Part shown: positions 7,907 through 16,755 of the stretch, one piece after another
Position numbering within the stretch: position 1 is the stretch's first letter
Layout: every line of letters begins with the position of its first letter
Source: a virus
Length of the DNA stretch: 64,000 bases
IMG/VR virus record: IMGVR_UViG_3300025834_000005
Direction: 5' to 3' (one strand)
Made by a program: the position numbers and the translations under genes
The notes under the pieces: generated by a model
What the model saw: the letters and a program-made list of their open reading frames with translations, nothing else
Told to the model about the DNA's origin: nothing
Database searches by the model: none

Positions 7907-8338
7907 TCACACTTTTTCGAGTAATTTTTTTTTCAAAACCAATGACTTATCAAACTTAACATATACTTCGACAAGTAAATTCATATCATAACCCACTTTA
8001 TTAAACTTATAGTTGAAAATACTTCTCCAAAACTTATCAAGCTTATTAATATCTATTGAAGACTTATCTGTACAGGTATTAGAATTATAGATATGTAACT
8101 CATAAAACGAATAGAAATAAGTTCTAAGATCATCGTTATCGGCAAACATCATATTTTCCTTAGCGAATGACTTACACACCTCATTATAACACCAATTATA
8201 ATGATTGTATTTATCATTCTTATCATTTAACGTTTTAGAGTCTAAATAATAATCATAAATCTTATGCAATAAATTTATCGTAAAATCACGATAAAGTTCT
8301 ACTCTCATGATAACAATTTTTACTTTCTGTTCAGCCAT
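7907..8338 (-). CDS. hypothetical protein
   Basis: 143-aa ORF, first gene after a 172-nt intergenic region containing a terminator and a TAnnTTTG element. Confidence 0.55.
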   Translation of the reverse strand: MAEQKVKIVIMRVELYRDFTINLLHKIYDYYLDSKTLNDKNDKYNHYNWCYNEVCKSFAKENMMFADNDDLRTYFYSFYELHIYNSNTCTDKSSIDINKLDKFWRSIFNYKFNKVGYDMNLLVEVYVKFDKSLVLKKKLLEKV

Positions 8339-8372
8339 TATATATTTTTTTACTTTTGTCTTTTATTCGTGG

Positions 8373-8380
8373 CAAATATA
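8373..8380 (-). promoter_or_regulatory. candidate host-type -7 element TATATTTG (TAnnTTTG)
   Basis: Reverse complement of caaatata, with 34 nt between the motif and the ATG at 8338, downstream of the 8430-8473 terminator. Confidence 0.4.
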
Positions 8381-8429
8381 ATACAAAATATCCGAAATAC
8401 AACCATTACGAGTTAAAATATTTATAAAC

Positions 8430-8473
8430 AAAAAAAAGGATATTTAATTATAAATAGTTATAATTAAATATCC
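8430..8473 (-). terminator. rho-independent terminator
   Basis: 16-bp perfect stem ggatatttaattataa / ttataattaaatatcc (8438-8453 / 8458-8473) with a 4-nt loop. On the minus strand it is followed by 8 T (A-run 8430-8437). Lies 38 nt after the stop of the 8511-10328 gene. Confidence 0.75.
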
Positions 8474-8510
8474 CTGATAATTTGTTAGAATTATAGTCTG
8501 TATTCTGTTA

Positions 8511-10328
8511 TCAGATTCTTGTGTTATTTCTCATGTCCACAAAATCAGATGATTGATACTCAAATAAGTGTTTCATCTTATCTAAAGATTCGTTAACAAC
8601 TGCTTTTTCGGTGGTATTCTCGCTCAACATTTTACTTTTCTCAACAACGAAAATGTTTTTGGTAGCATCAACATAATAATCATATGATACGATTAGATCA
8701 GCAACGCCTTCATTAACGCCAATTTTACGAGTAGTTGAATCCAATTTATTTGTATACGTATTGCCTAATCCATTAAGATTTAATGCAAACCAATTAGATT
8801 CAGCCTTTTTTGCTTCATTGGCTTCATTTAACGTGAAGTCAATGATGTGTGACTTACCAAAGTCATCAAAATATTTACCGCTCATAAAAGACTCATTTAC
8901 TTTAGCCGTATTCGTAGGCTGTGAATCTTTGTTATACATAGGCTGATTATGACGCATGTCCAATTTCTTCAATCTCATTTCATAATTTTTATCGCCCATA
9001 TCCGTTTTCATACGGTCTTCGAACTTCTTATCAGGTTTAATCGAATAGTCCAAATCGCCAAGACCTAATCTATAGCTATCAACCTCTTCTTGTTCATCAG
9101 TGCTAAGATTTCGTTTTGGAATTTCGTTACCCTTTTCGTTAGCCGAATTACCAACATTTTCAAGAGCATTTCCCTTAGTTTTCTTAATAACATCCTTTTC
9201 AATATCGGAACTAAGTTTTTTAGGGTCTTTAATATCAGTTTGTTGATCTTTCCACTGTAATTCTTTCTCCACATTGATGATTTCTTTAGTACCACTATGC
9301 TGCATATCCTGTTTAAAGTTTTTAGCGTTGTCAGTACCCATTCTATCAACATTCACCAGCGATGGTGTTCTCTTATCTTCTGATATATTTTTTAAACCTG
9401 TTTGTTGTTCGCTTAACTGAGTTAGCTCTGCGTCTAATTCATTTAAAATATCGTTTTCGCTCATATCTTGTTTTGTTTTTTTATTTTCACTCATTGGTGC
9501 AGAAGCTCCGCCGCCATTCATACCTCTCTCAATACCGCCACCCTCTGTTCCGATAGGCTGTTTAGTTGCCATACTATCAGGATTGGTGTCGAGCATGGAA
9601 ACCTCACTAACTTTTTCTTTCTCGTCAACATTACCACCAATATTAGCAGTATCCCATTTATGTGTTTTCATTTGTTTGTTAATCACATTAAGGTCTGAAT
9701 TGCTCATATTTTTTGTCTCATTACCGTAAGCATCAGAATTGTTACCAATGCTCGCCAATGTACTTTCTCTGTTGAATTGCTCATCTAAAATATTGATATA
9801 ATCAGCAAATACAGACGCATTTATTAGATAATTCTCCTGTATAACAGTACCATTAGGAAAAATGGGTTTACGAACTGGTGATAATGACGAATTACCTAAT
9901 AAGTCGCCATTTGGTGACCAAGCCGAAGGGCTTGAGTATGCGCCAGAACTACTTGAGTCTGTTTCATCGATCTCTGTCGCTGTTTTACCAGCTTTATCAG
10001 CTATCTTTTCAATCGCATCGTTTTTTAGTTTATTAATTCCTGATTTATCACGTCTTTTCTTTTCTTTTGGAATAGCCATCTTATATTTCTGAAGAAATTT
10101 AGGACTATTTAGAATATAATCATTGAATATAATATTCATAATAGTTTCGTTATAATGATATCCGTACTTTTCTTCACCGTTTACAGACATATCGTCATAT
10201 ATGGAAGTCAACTTAGGATCAGAGAACACAAGTGTCTCCATTTTTCCAAGCGAAAATATCTTCTTTTTTAACGATTGTTCCTTTTCGTTTAATAAGTTGT
10301 CAATCTCATTTATGTTCATTTTGTTCAT
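8511..10328 (-). CDS. large hypothetical protein (605 aa), low-complexity N/S/K/D/E-rich
   Basis: Long uninterrupted ORF with no enzymatic motif recognised. Composition suggests a disordered or scaffold-like or internal virion protein (speculative). Confidence 0.55.
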   Translation of the reverse strand: MNKMNINEIDNLLNEKEQSLKKKIFSLGKMETLVFSDPKLTSIYDDMSVNGEEKYGYHYNETIMNIIFNDYILNSPKFLQKYKMAIPKEKKRRDKSGINKLKNDAIEKIADKAGKTATEIDETDSSSSGAYSSPSAWSPNGDLLGNSSLSPVRKPIFPNGTVIQENYLINASVFADYINILDEQFNRESTLASIGNNSDAYGNETKNMSNSDLNVINKQMKTHKWDTANIGGNVDEKEKVSEVSMLDTNPDSMATKQPIGTEGGGIERGMNGGGASAPMSENKKTKQDMSENDILNELDAELTQLSEQQTGLKNISEDKRTPSLVNVDRMGTDNAKNFKQDMQHSGTKEIINVEKELQWKDQQTDIKDPKKLSSDIEKDVIKKTKGNALENVGNSANEKGNEIPKRNLSTDEQEEVDSYRLGLGDLDYSIKPDKKFEDRMKTDMGDKNYEMRLKKLDMRHNQPMYNKDSQPTNTAKVNESFMSGKYFDDFGKSHIIDFTLNEANEAKKAESNWFALNLNGLGNTYTNKLDSTTRKIGVNEGVADLIVSYDYYVDATKNIFVVEKSKMLSENTTEKAVVNESLDKMKHLFEYQSSDFVDMRNNTRI

Positions 10329-10343
10329 ATTAGTTTAATATAA

Positions 10344-10556
10344 TTATTTAATGTCTGTCTTCCAAAAATCTTTTTTCTGCCATAATACTTTGAATATGGA
10401 TTCCATAGAATTTTTTATAGTTCTAATCATTTCGTCTCTGGCTGGGTTATTTTTCTTATTAAGTGCTTTACCAACCTCTTTATTCAGAGATTCATCAGAG
10501 AATTTACGCAATTCATCTTTTATAATTCTTTTTATGTCTTCCTCAGTAATTGCCAT
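10344..10556 (-). CDS. hypothetical protein (start revised to MAITEEDIK..)
   Basis: The listed start at 10586 would place the GTATTTAT motif (10577-10584) inside the ORF. The ATG at 10556 lies 20 nt downstream of the motif. Confidence 0.5.
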   Translation of the reverse strand: MAITEEDIKRIIKDELRKFSDESLNKEVGKALNKKNNPARDEMIRTIKNSMESIFKVLWQKKDFWKTDIK

Positions 10557-10572
10557 AATTTGTACGTATTCA

Positions 10573-10613
10573 ATATATAAATACATTAACTTTGAATAAA
10601 CGTATTTATATAT
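10573..10613. repeat. 12-bp perfect inverted repeat atatataaatac / gtatttatatat with 17-nt spacer
   Basis: Arms at 10573-10584 and 10602-10613. One arm is the GTATTTAT upstream motif. Lies in the gap between genes ending at 10636 and starting at 10556. Confidence 0.7.
10577..10584 (-). promoter_or_regulatory. GTATTTAT upstream motif
   Basis: 20 nt upstream of the ATG at 10556. Confidence 0.45.
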
Positions 10614-10635
10614 CGCATTTAAATGCTTAATGCCT

Positions 10636-11427
10636 TTACTTTAATGCTCTGCCTATAAAATATCCACCTACAAGTGCTGTTGGGGTTATAATTAGCATCT
10701 TATTCTTACCAATCGATATACCTGCTCGCTGTATGAAGTTCGGTTTAACGGTTTTCTTATCTAATTGAGGTATCGCATAACTAACAATATCAAATGTCTT
10801 AAAATACTTATTACTGTTCGATACGCTAAATGCCACAGGATTACCTTCCCTCACATTATCTTTCCATAGGAAGTCAATGTATTGAGTATTGATCAAATCG
10901 AACTGATTAAACCTAATTGCTGGCTTATTCGAGGCGTTTAAAGCCTTTACGTTCATAACATCAATGTTGTACTTGATATAGCTTGTACTATCCTTAAAAC
11001 CCACTCTATTATTCAATGAATCCACTGTTACCACTGGATTGCTAAGAGAATCAATTATCACATGTGTCTCGATCAACGCTGCTGCTATTACGGTGTAATC
11101 TTTCTCGGCTTTCTTCACTCTCGCAAGCAAATTCTTTTCATTTGATGTGAGATTATTGTTTTTATCTGTAAGCCCCTTAATTGTACCTTGTAGCGTTAAT
11201 TTTTCGGCAACAATCTCTTTATAAGAGTTTACATGAAATTGAATCGTATCGACCAAAGCATTCTTTAATTTTGTCTCTGTATCAAGCTTTTCCTTTAAAT
11301 TACCAACTCTATTTGAATAGAGCATCCATCCGCCGCCTATTAATACTATAAGAGCTATGACAATTATAATTATCTGCCCTACGTTAATCGTGACTACACG
11401 AGTTGTCTCTGTTGTTGATACTGCCAT
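10636..11427 (-). CDS. N-terminally membrane-anchored coiled-coil protein
   Basis: Single N-terminal TM (IIIIVIALIVLIGGGWMLY) followed by a K/E/L-rich heptad-like region, then a beta-rich C-terminal domain. Near the amidase-like gene, so a lysis accessory role is possible. Confidence 0.5.
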   Translation of the reverse strand: MAVSTTETTRVVTINVGQIIIIVIALIVLIGGGWMLYSNRVGNLKEKLDTETKLKNALVDTIQFHVNSYKEIVAEKLTLQGTIKGLTDKNNNLTSNEKNLLARVKKAEKDYTVIAAALIETHVIIDSLSNPVVTVDSLNNRVGFKDSTSYIKYNIDVMNVKALNASNKPAIRFNQFDLINTQYIDFLWKDNVREGNPVAFSVSNSNKYFKTFDIVSYAIPQLDKKTVKPNFIQRAGISIGKNKMLIITPTALVGGYFIGRALK

Positions 11428-11438
11428 AATATTACGTT

Positions 11439-11903
11439 TTATTGATTATTATTTGTGTCTCCTAAATTTTCAATCCAGTATTTATTAAACTTATCGTAAT
11501 TCGATTCAAGTCTACTGGTTATATCGGTATTAGCCTCATTGTCCTTGTTAAAGGCATCGGAATATTTAAATTCGACGCCAGTGGTATTTTCCACAGGCGG
11601 AACAGTGTACGTAAATTCGATCTCATTATTGATTACGCCACCCCAGAATACGAAATCGTCATAAACTTCAAGCTCATAATAATCAATTGAAACGTTAATA
11701 TCTTGGAATAATCCGTCGATAATATTCTGCTCTCTCTCCTGATCGCCCTGAGTAGCTTTATTCACTCTTTCAGCGTCAGCATTATCAATGGTGACATCCT
11801 CATTAAGTTTTCTGGTGATCTTTAACATGTCACGCATTGTCATGTCAATCTTTTCGCCTTTATTGAAGTGCTCCATTATCTTGGAAATTCTATTGATATT
11901 CAT
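11439..11903 (-). CDS. hypothetical acidic protein
   Basis: 154-aa ORF preceded by the GTATTTAT motif with 15-nt spacing. Confidence 0.5.
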   Translation of the reverse strand: MNINRISKIMEHFNKGEKIDMTMRDMLKITRKLNEDVTIDNADAERVNKATQGDQEREQNIIDGLFQDINVSIDYYELEVYDDFVFWGGVINNEIEFTYTVPPVENTTGVEFKYSDAFNKDNEANTDITSRLESNYDKFNKYWIENLGDTNNNQ

Positions 11904-11918
11904 AGTTAATAATTTATT

Positions 11919-11926
11919 ATAAATAC
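11919..11926 (-). promoter_or_regulatory. GTATTTAT upstream motif
   Basis: 15 nt upstream of the ATG at 11903, directly after the stop of the amidase-like gene. Confidence 0.45.
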
Positions 11927-12526
11927 TTATTTTCTTAATAGTTTAGTAAATTTAGGAATATCAAAATGCGGAATGCAATATGCATCAATATCAAAATAAT
12001 TACTTTTAAAAACAATACCTTTAGACTTATTAATATCCTTATGATAAAAGTCAAAAGAAATACACACAGGCTCGATGTTAAACTTATCGCATAAGTATAA
12101 TGATAATTCGGCTGTTGACTCCATTTGCTCTATGGTGATCTCTTCCCAATAATAATATCCATAATACTTCATTTCAACAATATTACCACCACAAATCTCA
12201 TTCAGATGATTATGCAACCCAAATTCATCCTTTATAAGAGCACCCATGTTTTCCATAACAATACTAATATTATTCTTATTACTGGATTCAATACCCAAGA
12301 ACTTGCTATAATACTTAGGATTATAATGCTCGTAAATCGTACCGTCTCGACCTACAGTATAGGTGTTCCATTCTTTACATACACCATTATCTTTATTAGC
12401 TAATCTAACCAATTGATTATGATCATTTCTATTAGATATGTCTAATATAATCTGATCCTTAGCCGTTTCGCTACTGATATAATTTTTACAAGTAGCTGGA
12501 AAATCTTCAATATTAATGTTAATCAT
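11927..12526 (-). CDS. PGRP / Amidase_2-like protein (possible N-acetylmuramoyl-L-alanine amidase endolysin)
   Basis: 'YTVGRDGTIYEHY', 'NNISIVMENMG', 'ITIEQMESTAELSLYLCDKFNI' and 'YCIPHFDIPKF' follow the order of T7-lysozyme/PGRP amidase blocks. The expected first Zn-ligand His appears as Asp (IILDIS). Confidence 0.45.
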   Translation of the reverse strand: MININIEDFPATCKNYISSETAKDQIILDISNRNDHNQLVRLANKDNGVCKEWNTYTVGRDGTIYEHYNPKYYSKFLGIESSNKNNISIVMENMGALIKDEFGLHNHLNEICGGNIVEMKYYGYYYWEEITIEQMESTAELSLYLCDKFNIEPVCISFDFYHKDINKSKGIVFKSNYFDIDAYCIPHFDIPKFTKLLRK

Positions 12527-12792
12527 ATTTTATATTTTTGTAAAATTTTTTCATACATTTCAAGAGTATCCCAGCCACCAGCAATCCATACAATATCCTC
12601 ATATTTAACCGAGTATTTTGTATGATCTGGTCTCTCTTTAACATCTAAAAGCATTCTTGCGCTTCCTGACATTAAATAGCTGGGTCTTTTTCTGCCTATT
12701 ACATACGTATCATCATCTATACTCTGAATATGTTTATCATGTAAGATTTCTATACCATCTATAACACCCAACCTCGGCTTATTTTTTACCAT
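12523..12792 (-). CDS. hypothetical protein
   Basis: 89-aa ORF coupled to its neighbours by a 1-nt overlap upstream and a 4-nt overlap downstream. Confidence 0.5.
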   Translation of the reverse strand: MVKNKPRLGVIDGIEILHDKHIQSIDDDTYVIGRKRPSYLMSGSARMLLDVKERPDHTKYSVKYEDIVWIAGGWDTLEMYEKILQKYKI

Positions 12793-15700
12793 TATAATGT
12801 GTTTATTGTTAATGTTGATATTTCATTCTCATCTAATTGAACATTGATTACATAATCAGGGTTAATCTCGTGATTATGCTCAATAACCAATACTTTTTGC
12901 ATGTTATCCTTAATTAATTGAAGGATTTCGTTAAATTCCTCGATACTATCGGCACTCAGTTTACCCATAACCTCATCAAGCATGAATATAGTTGGCTTTA
13001 CCTTAGCATTAATTTGATTTAAAGCGAATTTTAAAACAATAGCAGAAAATGTACGTTCCTTACCTGATGCGCTAATGCAGTCAATCACAGCTAACGGACG
13101 GCTATTATAAGCCAATTTAGGTCTAAGATCATCTAAGTCCAGCCATACTTTGAACGCCGACACAGATAAAATACTTGCAAGTGTGTTGTTAATTTTAGGT
13201 ATAATATAATTAACAAGCATCTGTCTTGGGATTCCGTCTCTATGAACACATTTAATGTATAAAGCATAAACATTATCAACATGTTCTTGTGCTTTGAATA
13301 ATTTTACAAGAGACTCTGTTTGAACTATCTTACTATTCGAATCGTTAATAGCTAAACGTTTATTATATATATTAGACTGTACAACCTTTAAATCGTCAGC
13401 ATATTTCTGTATTTTTGCGTCAGCCTGTTTAATACGTTCGCTTAGTTTCTTATTTTCATCAATCTGAATAATATTCTCACCATATCTTATGATTTTCTGA
13501 CCGATAATGTCAAGCTCAAGTTCATTAGTTCTGATATACAGCGGTATCCTTTCAAGCTCGTCAGCCAATTTCAAACGAAGCATATAATCATTCTTGTCGT
13601 TATTTAAAACACCTATCTCAGCAAGAACTCCAACCATTGTAAGACTAATAACTTCGATTTGTTCTTTAACAATATTGATTTCAGCATTTAGTCCGACTAT
13701 ACTATCTTTAAGAGCTATAATGTCTACACTCTCATAGTTTTTAATCGTGTCGGCAATTGAGAACATTTCTGTTTTTAGATCACTTATTTTTTGTTTTATA
13801 TGTTCATTATCCTGAGCAACACTCTGATGACATGTTGGACATGTGTGCTCCGTTGTTCCCTGTTTAAAGCCAATAAGTTCATTTTTAATCTTTAAACCGT
13901 CTCTCTTAAGATTTACAATTTTGCCGTTGATTATCTCAATTTCATGATCTTTTCTACTTATAGTACTTTCAAAATCCTTAATCTTTAATTTAAGGGCATA
14001 TTCTGAATTTCTATGTGTATCTTTTTGAGCAACTAATTCATTGTATCGTGCCTCATCATAAGTATTTTTCAACTCGGACATGCTTTTTTCGATAATTTCA
14101 ATACGCTTATAATAATCGCTAATAGTTATCTTGTATTTCTCAGCACTTCTATTAGCCTGTTCAATATCCATATTATAGATTTCATCATCTATTTTATGCA
14201 TATCTTTATGTAAGGTATCGACATATTTCCTACCGTTACTCATTGAGTTCTCAATTTCGACAACTGTAACCGATTCTAACTCCGTTAATTGTAACTCCAA
14301 TTCGGATATAGAATTTTTAAGTCTTAGAATTTCGTTATCAGAGTTCTCAACATTGCAGTTTATACGCCCCTTTTCGGCTAATCTTTTCTGATTCTTTTTA
14401 CATGCATCGAGTTTTTTATCAAATATGTCAAGTCCACTATCGAATAATAGCGAATCGATGAATGTTGACATATCGTTCGACAATATCTTATTAAGAGTAT
14501 CGGCAGTTGTAACAACAATACGCATAAAATTATCATAACTACCAATCAAAGACTCTATAATTTTCTGAGTCTTTATTCTCTGGTCACCGCTCATATTATC
14601 CAATGAGTTCTGATCATTCATTTCGTCATCAGGTGACGCCATCAGATAATAATTCAATGTTGTTGGAGCACCGTTTATAGCACCGTCCTTAGACCTTGTA
14701 ATGGTTGTCCTCTTTTTTATTCCATAATATTCAGAATTATAATCAAATACCATGTAAGCATCGCAAAAAGTAGCACCGTTTCTATTGTTAACATATCGTG
14801 AATCGCCGAATTTAACACGACCCTCAGTTTCGAGTGATTTGTTATATAGAATGTATGAGATTAATTTAATAAGAGTTGTCTTCCCAGCTGTATTCTTACC
14901 GACAATCTGAAATAAGCCGTTAAGTTCTCTCCAATCAATATCAATAGTCTCATAAGAGGCAAAGTTTCTGCCACCGAATTTAATGATATTGAAATTTCCG
15001 CCCACATCATCAGTATGATCGATTTCGCCTGAAATAATATCATCAAGATCAATAACATCTTTAATTGTTGCAGCCTCAATACCCATAGCATCTAAATGCT
15101 CTGTGAATATCGCTTGTTGGACTGTGGTTTCGTTAATACTTACAAGCGTAACGTCTTCGCTTACAACAATTTTATTATCAATAATGAAGTCGCTTTTATT
15201 AGATACAGACGTAATATTGGGGTATTTGCCTTTAATATAAGCCACCAGCTTATTCTCATTGATCGAAGTTCTAACATATGGTAATGTTTTCCATATAAAT
15301 CTGACCTTCATAAAGGTTGTAGGCTCGTCAATTTCAATGTCAATATCATCAAAATCAACATATGATGATATGATAATGTTTTTAAATGAATAATCGTTAG
15401 CTATAGGCTTTTCAATTACGGTAGATTTTTCTACATTCCATAATAAATAGCCATGAAAATTATCGTCACCCTCACCAAAATCCTGTGCAATAAGCGATGA
15501 CGGATATGACCCGAATAATGCGTTATTTTTATAAAAATATTGCTTTTTGTGAATATCACCAAGAAATAATAGGTCACCATTAAAATCGCCCAAGTTCCTT
15601 AATGTCTTTTTTGTCATTTCAAAACCTGTTACTGTTTGACAGCCGTTTATAGGGTCATGAAATAAGTCAATATACACTCTATTAGGGTCTTTATTGGCGA

Positions 15701-16142
15701 CAAGTTCTATACCAGTTTTAGTAGTCCAAGGTGAGTTTGAAGATGAACCATGATGCCATACGCACCATGTAATATTTTCATCGTCAATAAAGCCTGTTGT
15801 ATCGTAATAAATAATGTTCTTATTATGTAATGTGTCTACGATGGCTTTAACAGAATCCACTCTTTGAGGATTAATTCTTTTAAAGTCGTGATTACCACGC
15901 ACAATTCGAACTGGTGCAATTAATGCTAACTGATCTAAAAGATCAGATGCAAGTATAAGCTGTTCGCCCTCAAGATGTAGATAATCGTGAACAAGGTCAC
16001 CGTTTATCATGATACGAGAAGGTTTATCCTTTCTTAATGATTTATATAAATTTGCAAAAACAGATGCATACTCTACGTTTCTCGTTGGTATGTTCCTAAG
16101 ATGTATATCAGCTATTTGCGCTACCGTTATTATTTGTCCCAT
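12792..16142 (-). CDS. fused Mre11/SbcD-like nuclease and Rad50/SbcC-like ATPase (single 1116-aa polypeptide)
   Basis: N-terminal calcineurin-type phosphoesterase motifs 'ADIHLRN', 'NGDLVHD', 'RGNHD', 'LGDIH'. These are followed by Walker A 'GKNTAGKTT', a long coiled coil with Zn-hook 'CPTCHQ', signature-like 'SASGKERT', Walker B 'IFMLDEVMGKL' and H-loop 'VIEHNHE'. Confidence 0.85.
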   Translation of the reverse strand: MGQIITVAQIADIHLRNIPTRNVEYASVFANLYKSLRKDKPSRIMINGDLVHDYLHLEGEQLILASDLLDQLALIAPVRIVRGNHDFKRINPQRVDSVKAIVDTLHNKNIIYYDTTGFIDDENITWCVWHHGSSSNSPWTTKTGIELVANKDPNRVYIDLFHDPINGCQTVTGFEMTKKTLRNLGDFNGDLLFLGDIHKKQYFYKNNALFGSYPSSLIAQDFGEGDDNFHGYLLWNVEKSTVIEKPIANDYSFKNIIISSYVDFDDIDIEIDEPTTFMKVRFIWKTLPYVRTSINENKLVAYIKGKYPNITSVSNKSDFIIDNKIVVSEDVTLVSINETTVQQAIFTEHLDAMGIEAATIKDVIDLDDIISGEIDHTDDVGGNFNIIKFGGRNFASYETIDIDWRELNGLFQIVGKNTAGKTTLIKLISYILYNKSLETEGRVKFGDSRYVNNRNGATFCDAYMVFDYNSEYYGIKKRTTITRSKDGAINGAPTTLNYYLMASPDDEMNDQNSLDNMSGDQRIKTQKIIESLIGSYDNFMRIVVTTADTLNKILSNDMSTFIDSLLFDSGLDIFDKKLDACKKNQKRLAEKGRINCNVENSDNEILRLKNSISELELQLTELESVTVVEIENSMSNGRKYVDTLHKDMHKIDDEIYNMDIEQANRSAEKYKITISDYYKRIEIIEKSMSELKNTYDEARYNELVAQKDTHRNSEYALKLKIKDFESTISRKDHEIEIINGKIVNLKRDGLKIKNELIGFKQGTTEHTCPTCHQSVAQDNEHIKQKISDLKTEMFSIADTIKNYESVDIIALKDSIVGLNAEINIVKEQIEVISLTMVGVLAEIGVLNNDKNDYMLRLKLADELERIPLYIRTNELELDIIGQKIIRYGENIIQIDENKKLSERIKQADAKIQKYADDLKVVQSNIYNKRLAINDSNSKIVQTESLVKLFKAQEHVDNVYALYIKCVHRDGIPRQMLVNYIIPKINNTLASILSVSAFKVWLDLDDLRPKLAYNSRPLAVIDCISASGKERTFSAIVLKFALNQINAKVKPTIFMLDEVMGKLSADSIEEFNEILQLIKDNMQKVLVIEHNHEINPDYVINVQLDENEISTLTINTL

Positions 16143-16160
16143 TATTAATTATATATTTTG

Positions 16161-16168
16161 CAAATGTA
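16161..16168 (-). promoter_or_regulatory. candidate host-type -7 element TACATTTG (TAnnTTTG)
   Basis: Reverse complement of caaatgta, with 18 nt between the motif and the ATG at 16142, in the 61-nt gap after the sigma-factor gene. Confidence 0.4.
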
Positions 16169-16203
16169 TGTATTATTTATGATACCCACAACAATATTTC
16201 GTG

Positions 16204-16755
16204 TTAATCGAGAATCAAATGCTTATTAGCCTTATGATTTTTCAACACGGTCTTAATATAGTTAATTTTATTAGCTATACACGTGCTTGTTGTGTTAAAT
16301 TCTTTGCCTATCTCATGGTAATTATATCCGTCAAGATATTTCATACTTAACATAGTGTAATCATCATTTGAGATTTGCTTCGAAATGAAATCTAAGCTAT
16401 TATTTGTCTCATATTCAATATAATCATTAGTACTTGTTGTTGTTCTTAAATTCCTACAAATTGCTCTTCGAACATTATTATCTCTAACGATATTTCTCAT
16501 ATGATTATTAGTTATAGTAAAAACCCATGTTCTAAAATCAGATTTCTTCTCGTCGTATTTAGCTAAATTTGAGAAAATTTTAATCATAATATCCGCAACA
16601 TAATCATCGATACAATCTTCCATTTGATTGTACTTATCATATTTAGCGTGAATAAACTGTTTTATCTGTTTTTTATATTTGAAGTAAATGAGTTGTTCGG
16701 AATTTTTATTCCCTTTTAAAATATTTTGTATATGGATCGTATCTTTCTGATTCAT
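16204..16755 (-). CDS. sigma-70 family (ECF-like) RNA polymerase sigma factor
   Basis: Region 2-like 'DDYVADIMIKIFSNLAKYDEKKSDFRTWVFTITNNHMRNIVRD' and region 4.2 HTH-like 'LSMKYLDGYNYHEIGKEFNTTSTCIANKINYIKTVLK'. 183 aa is typical of the two-domain ECF type. Confidence 0.7.
   Translation of the reverse strand: MNQKDTIHIQNILKGNKNSEQLIYFKYKKQIKQFIHAKYDKYNQMEDCIDDYVADIMIKIFSNLAKYDEKKSDFRTWVFTITNNHMRNIVRDNNVRRAICRNLRTTTSTNDYIEYETNNSLDFISKQISNDDYTMLSMKYLDGYNYHEIGKEFNTTSTCIANKINYIKTVLKNHKANKHLILD

Noticed and set aside
8339-8510. Largest intergenic regions (8339-8510 here, and also 58488-58632) inspected for tRNA or other structured RNA genes
   Set aside because: The content is explained by a terminator hairpin, promoter-like elements and AT-rich repeats. 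No cloverleaf-compatible set of stems and no conserved tRNA boxes (T-loop GTTCRANNC) were seen.
8761-10092. Five 61-95-aa ORFs (8761-8946+, 9065-9352-, 9362-9556+, 9468-9698+, 9862-10092+) inside the 605-aa gene
   Set aside because: All are nested in, or antisense to, the long uninterrupted ORF 8511-10328. Their translations are low-complexity artefacts of its biased composition.
10351-10599. 82-aa plus-strand ORF
   Set aside because: It is antisense to the 10344-10556 gene and spans the promoter/inverted-repeat region. The hydrophobic translation looks like an artefact.
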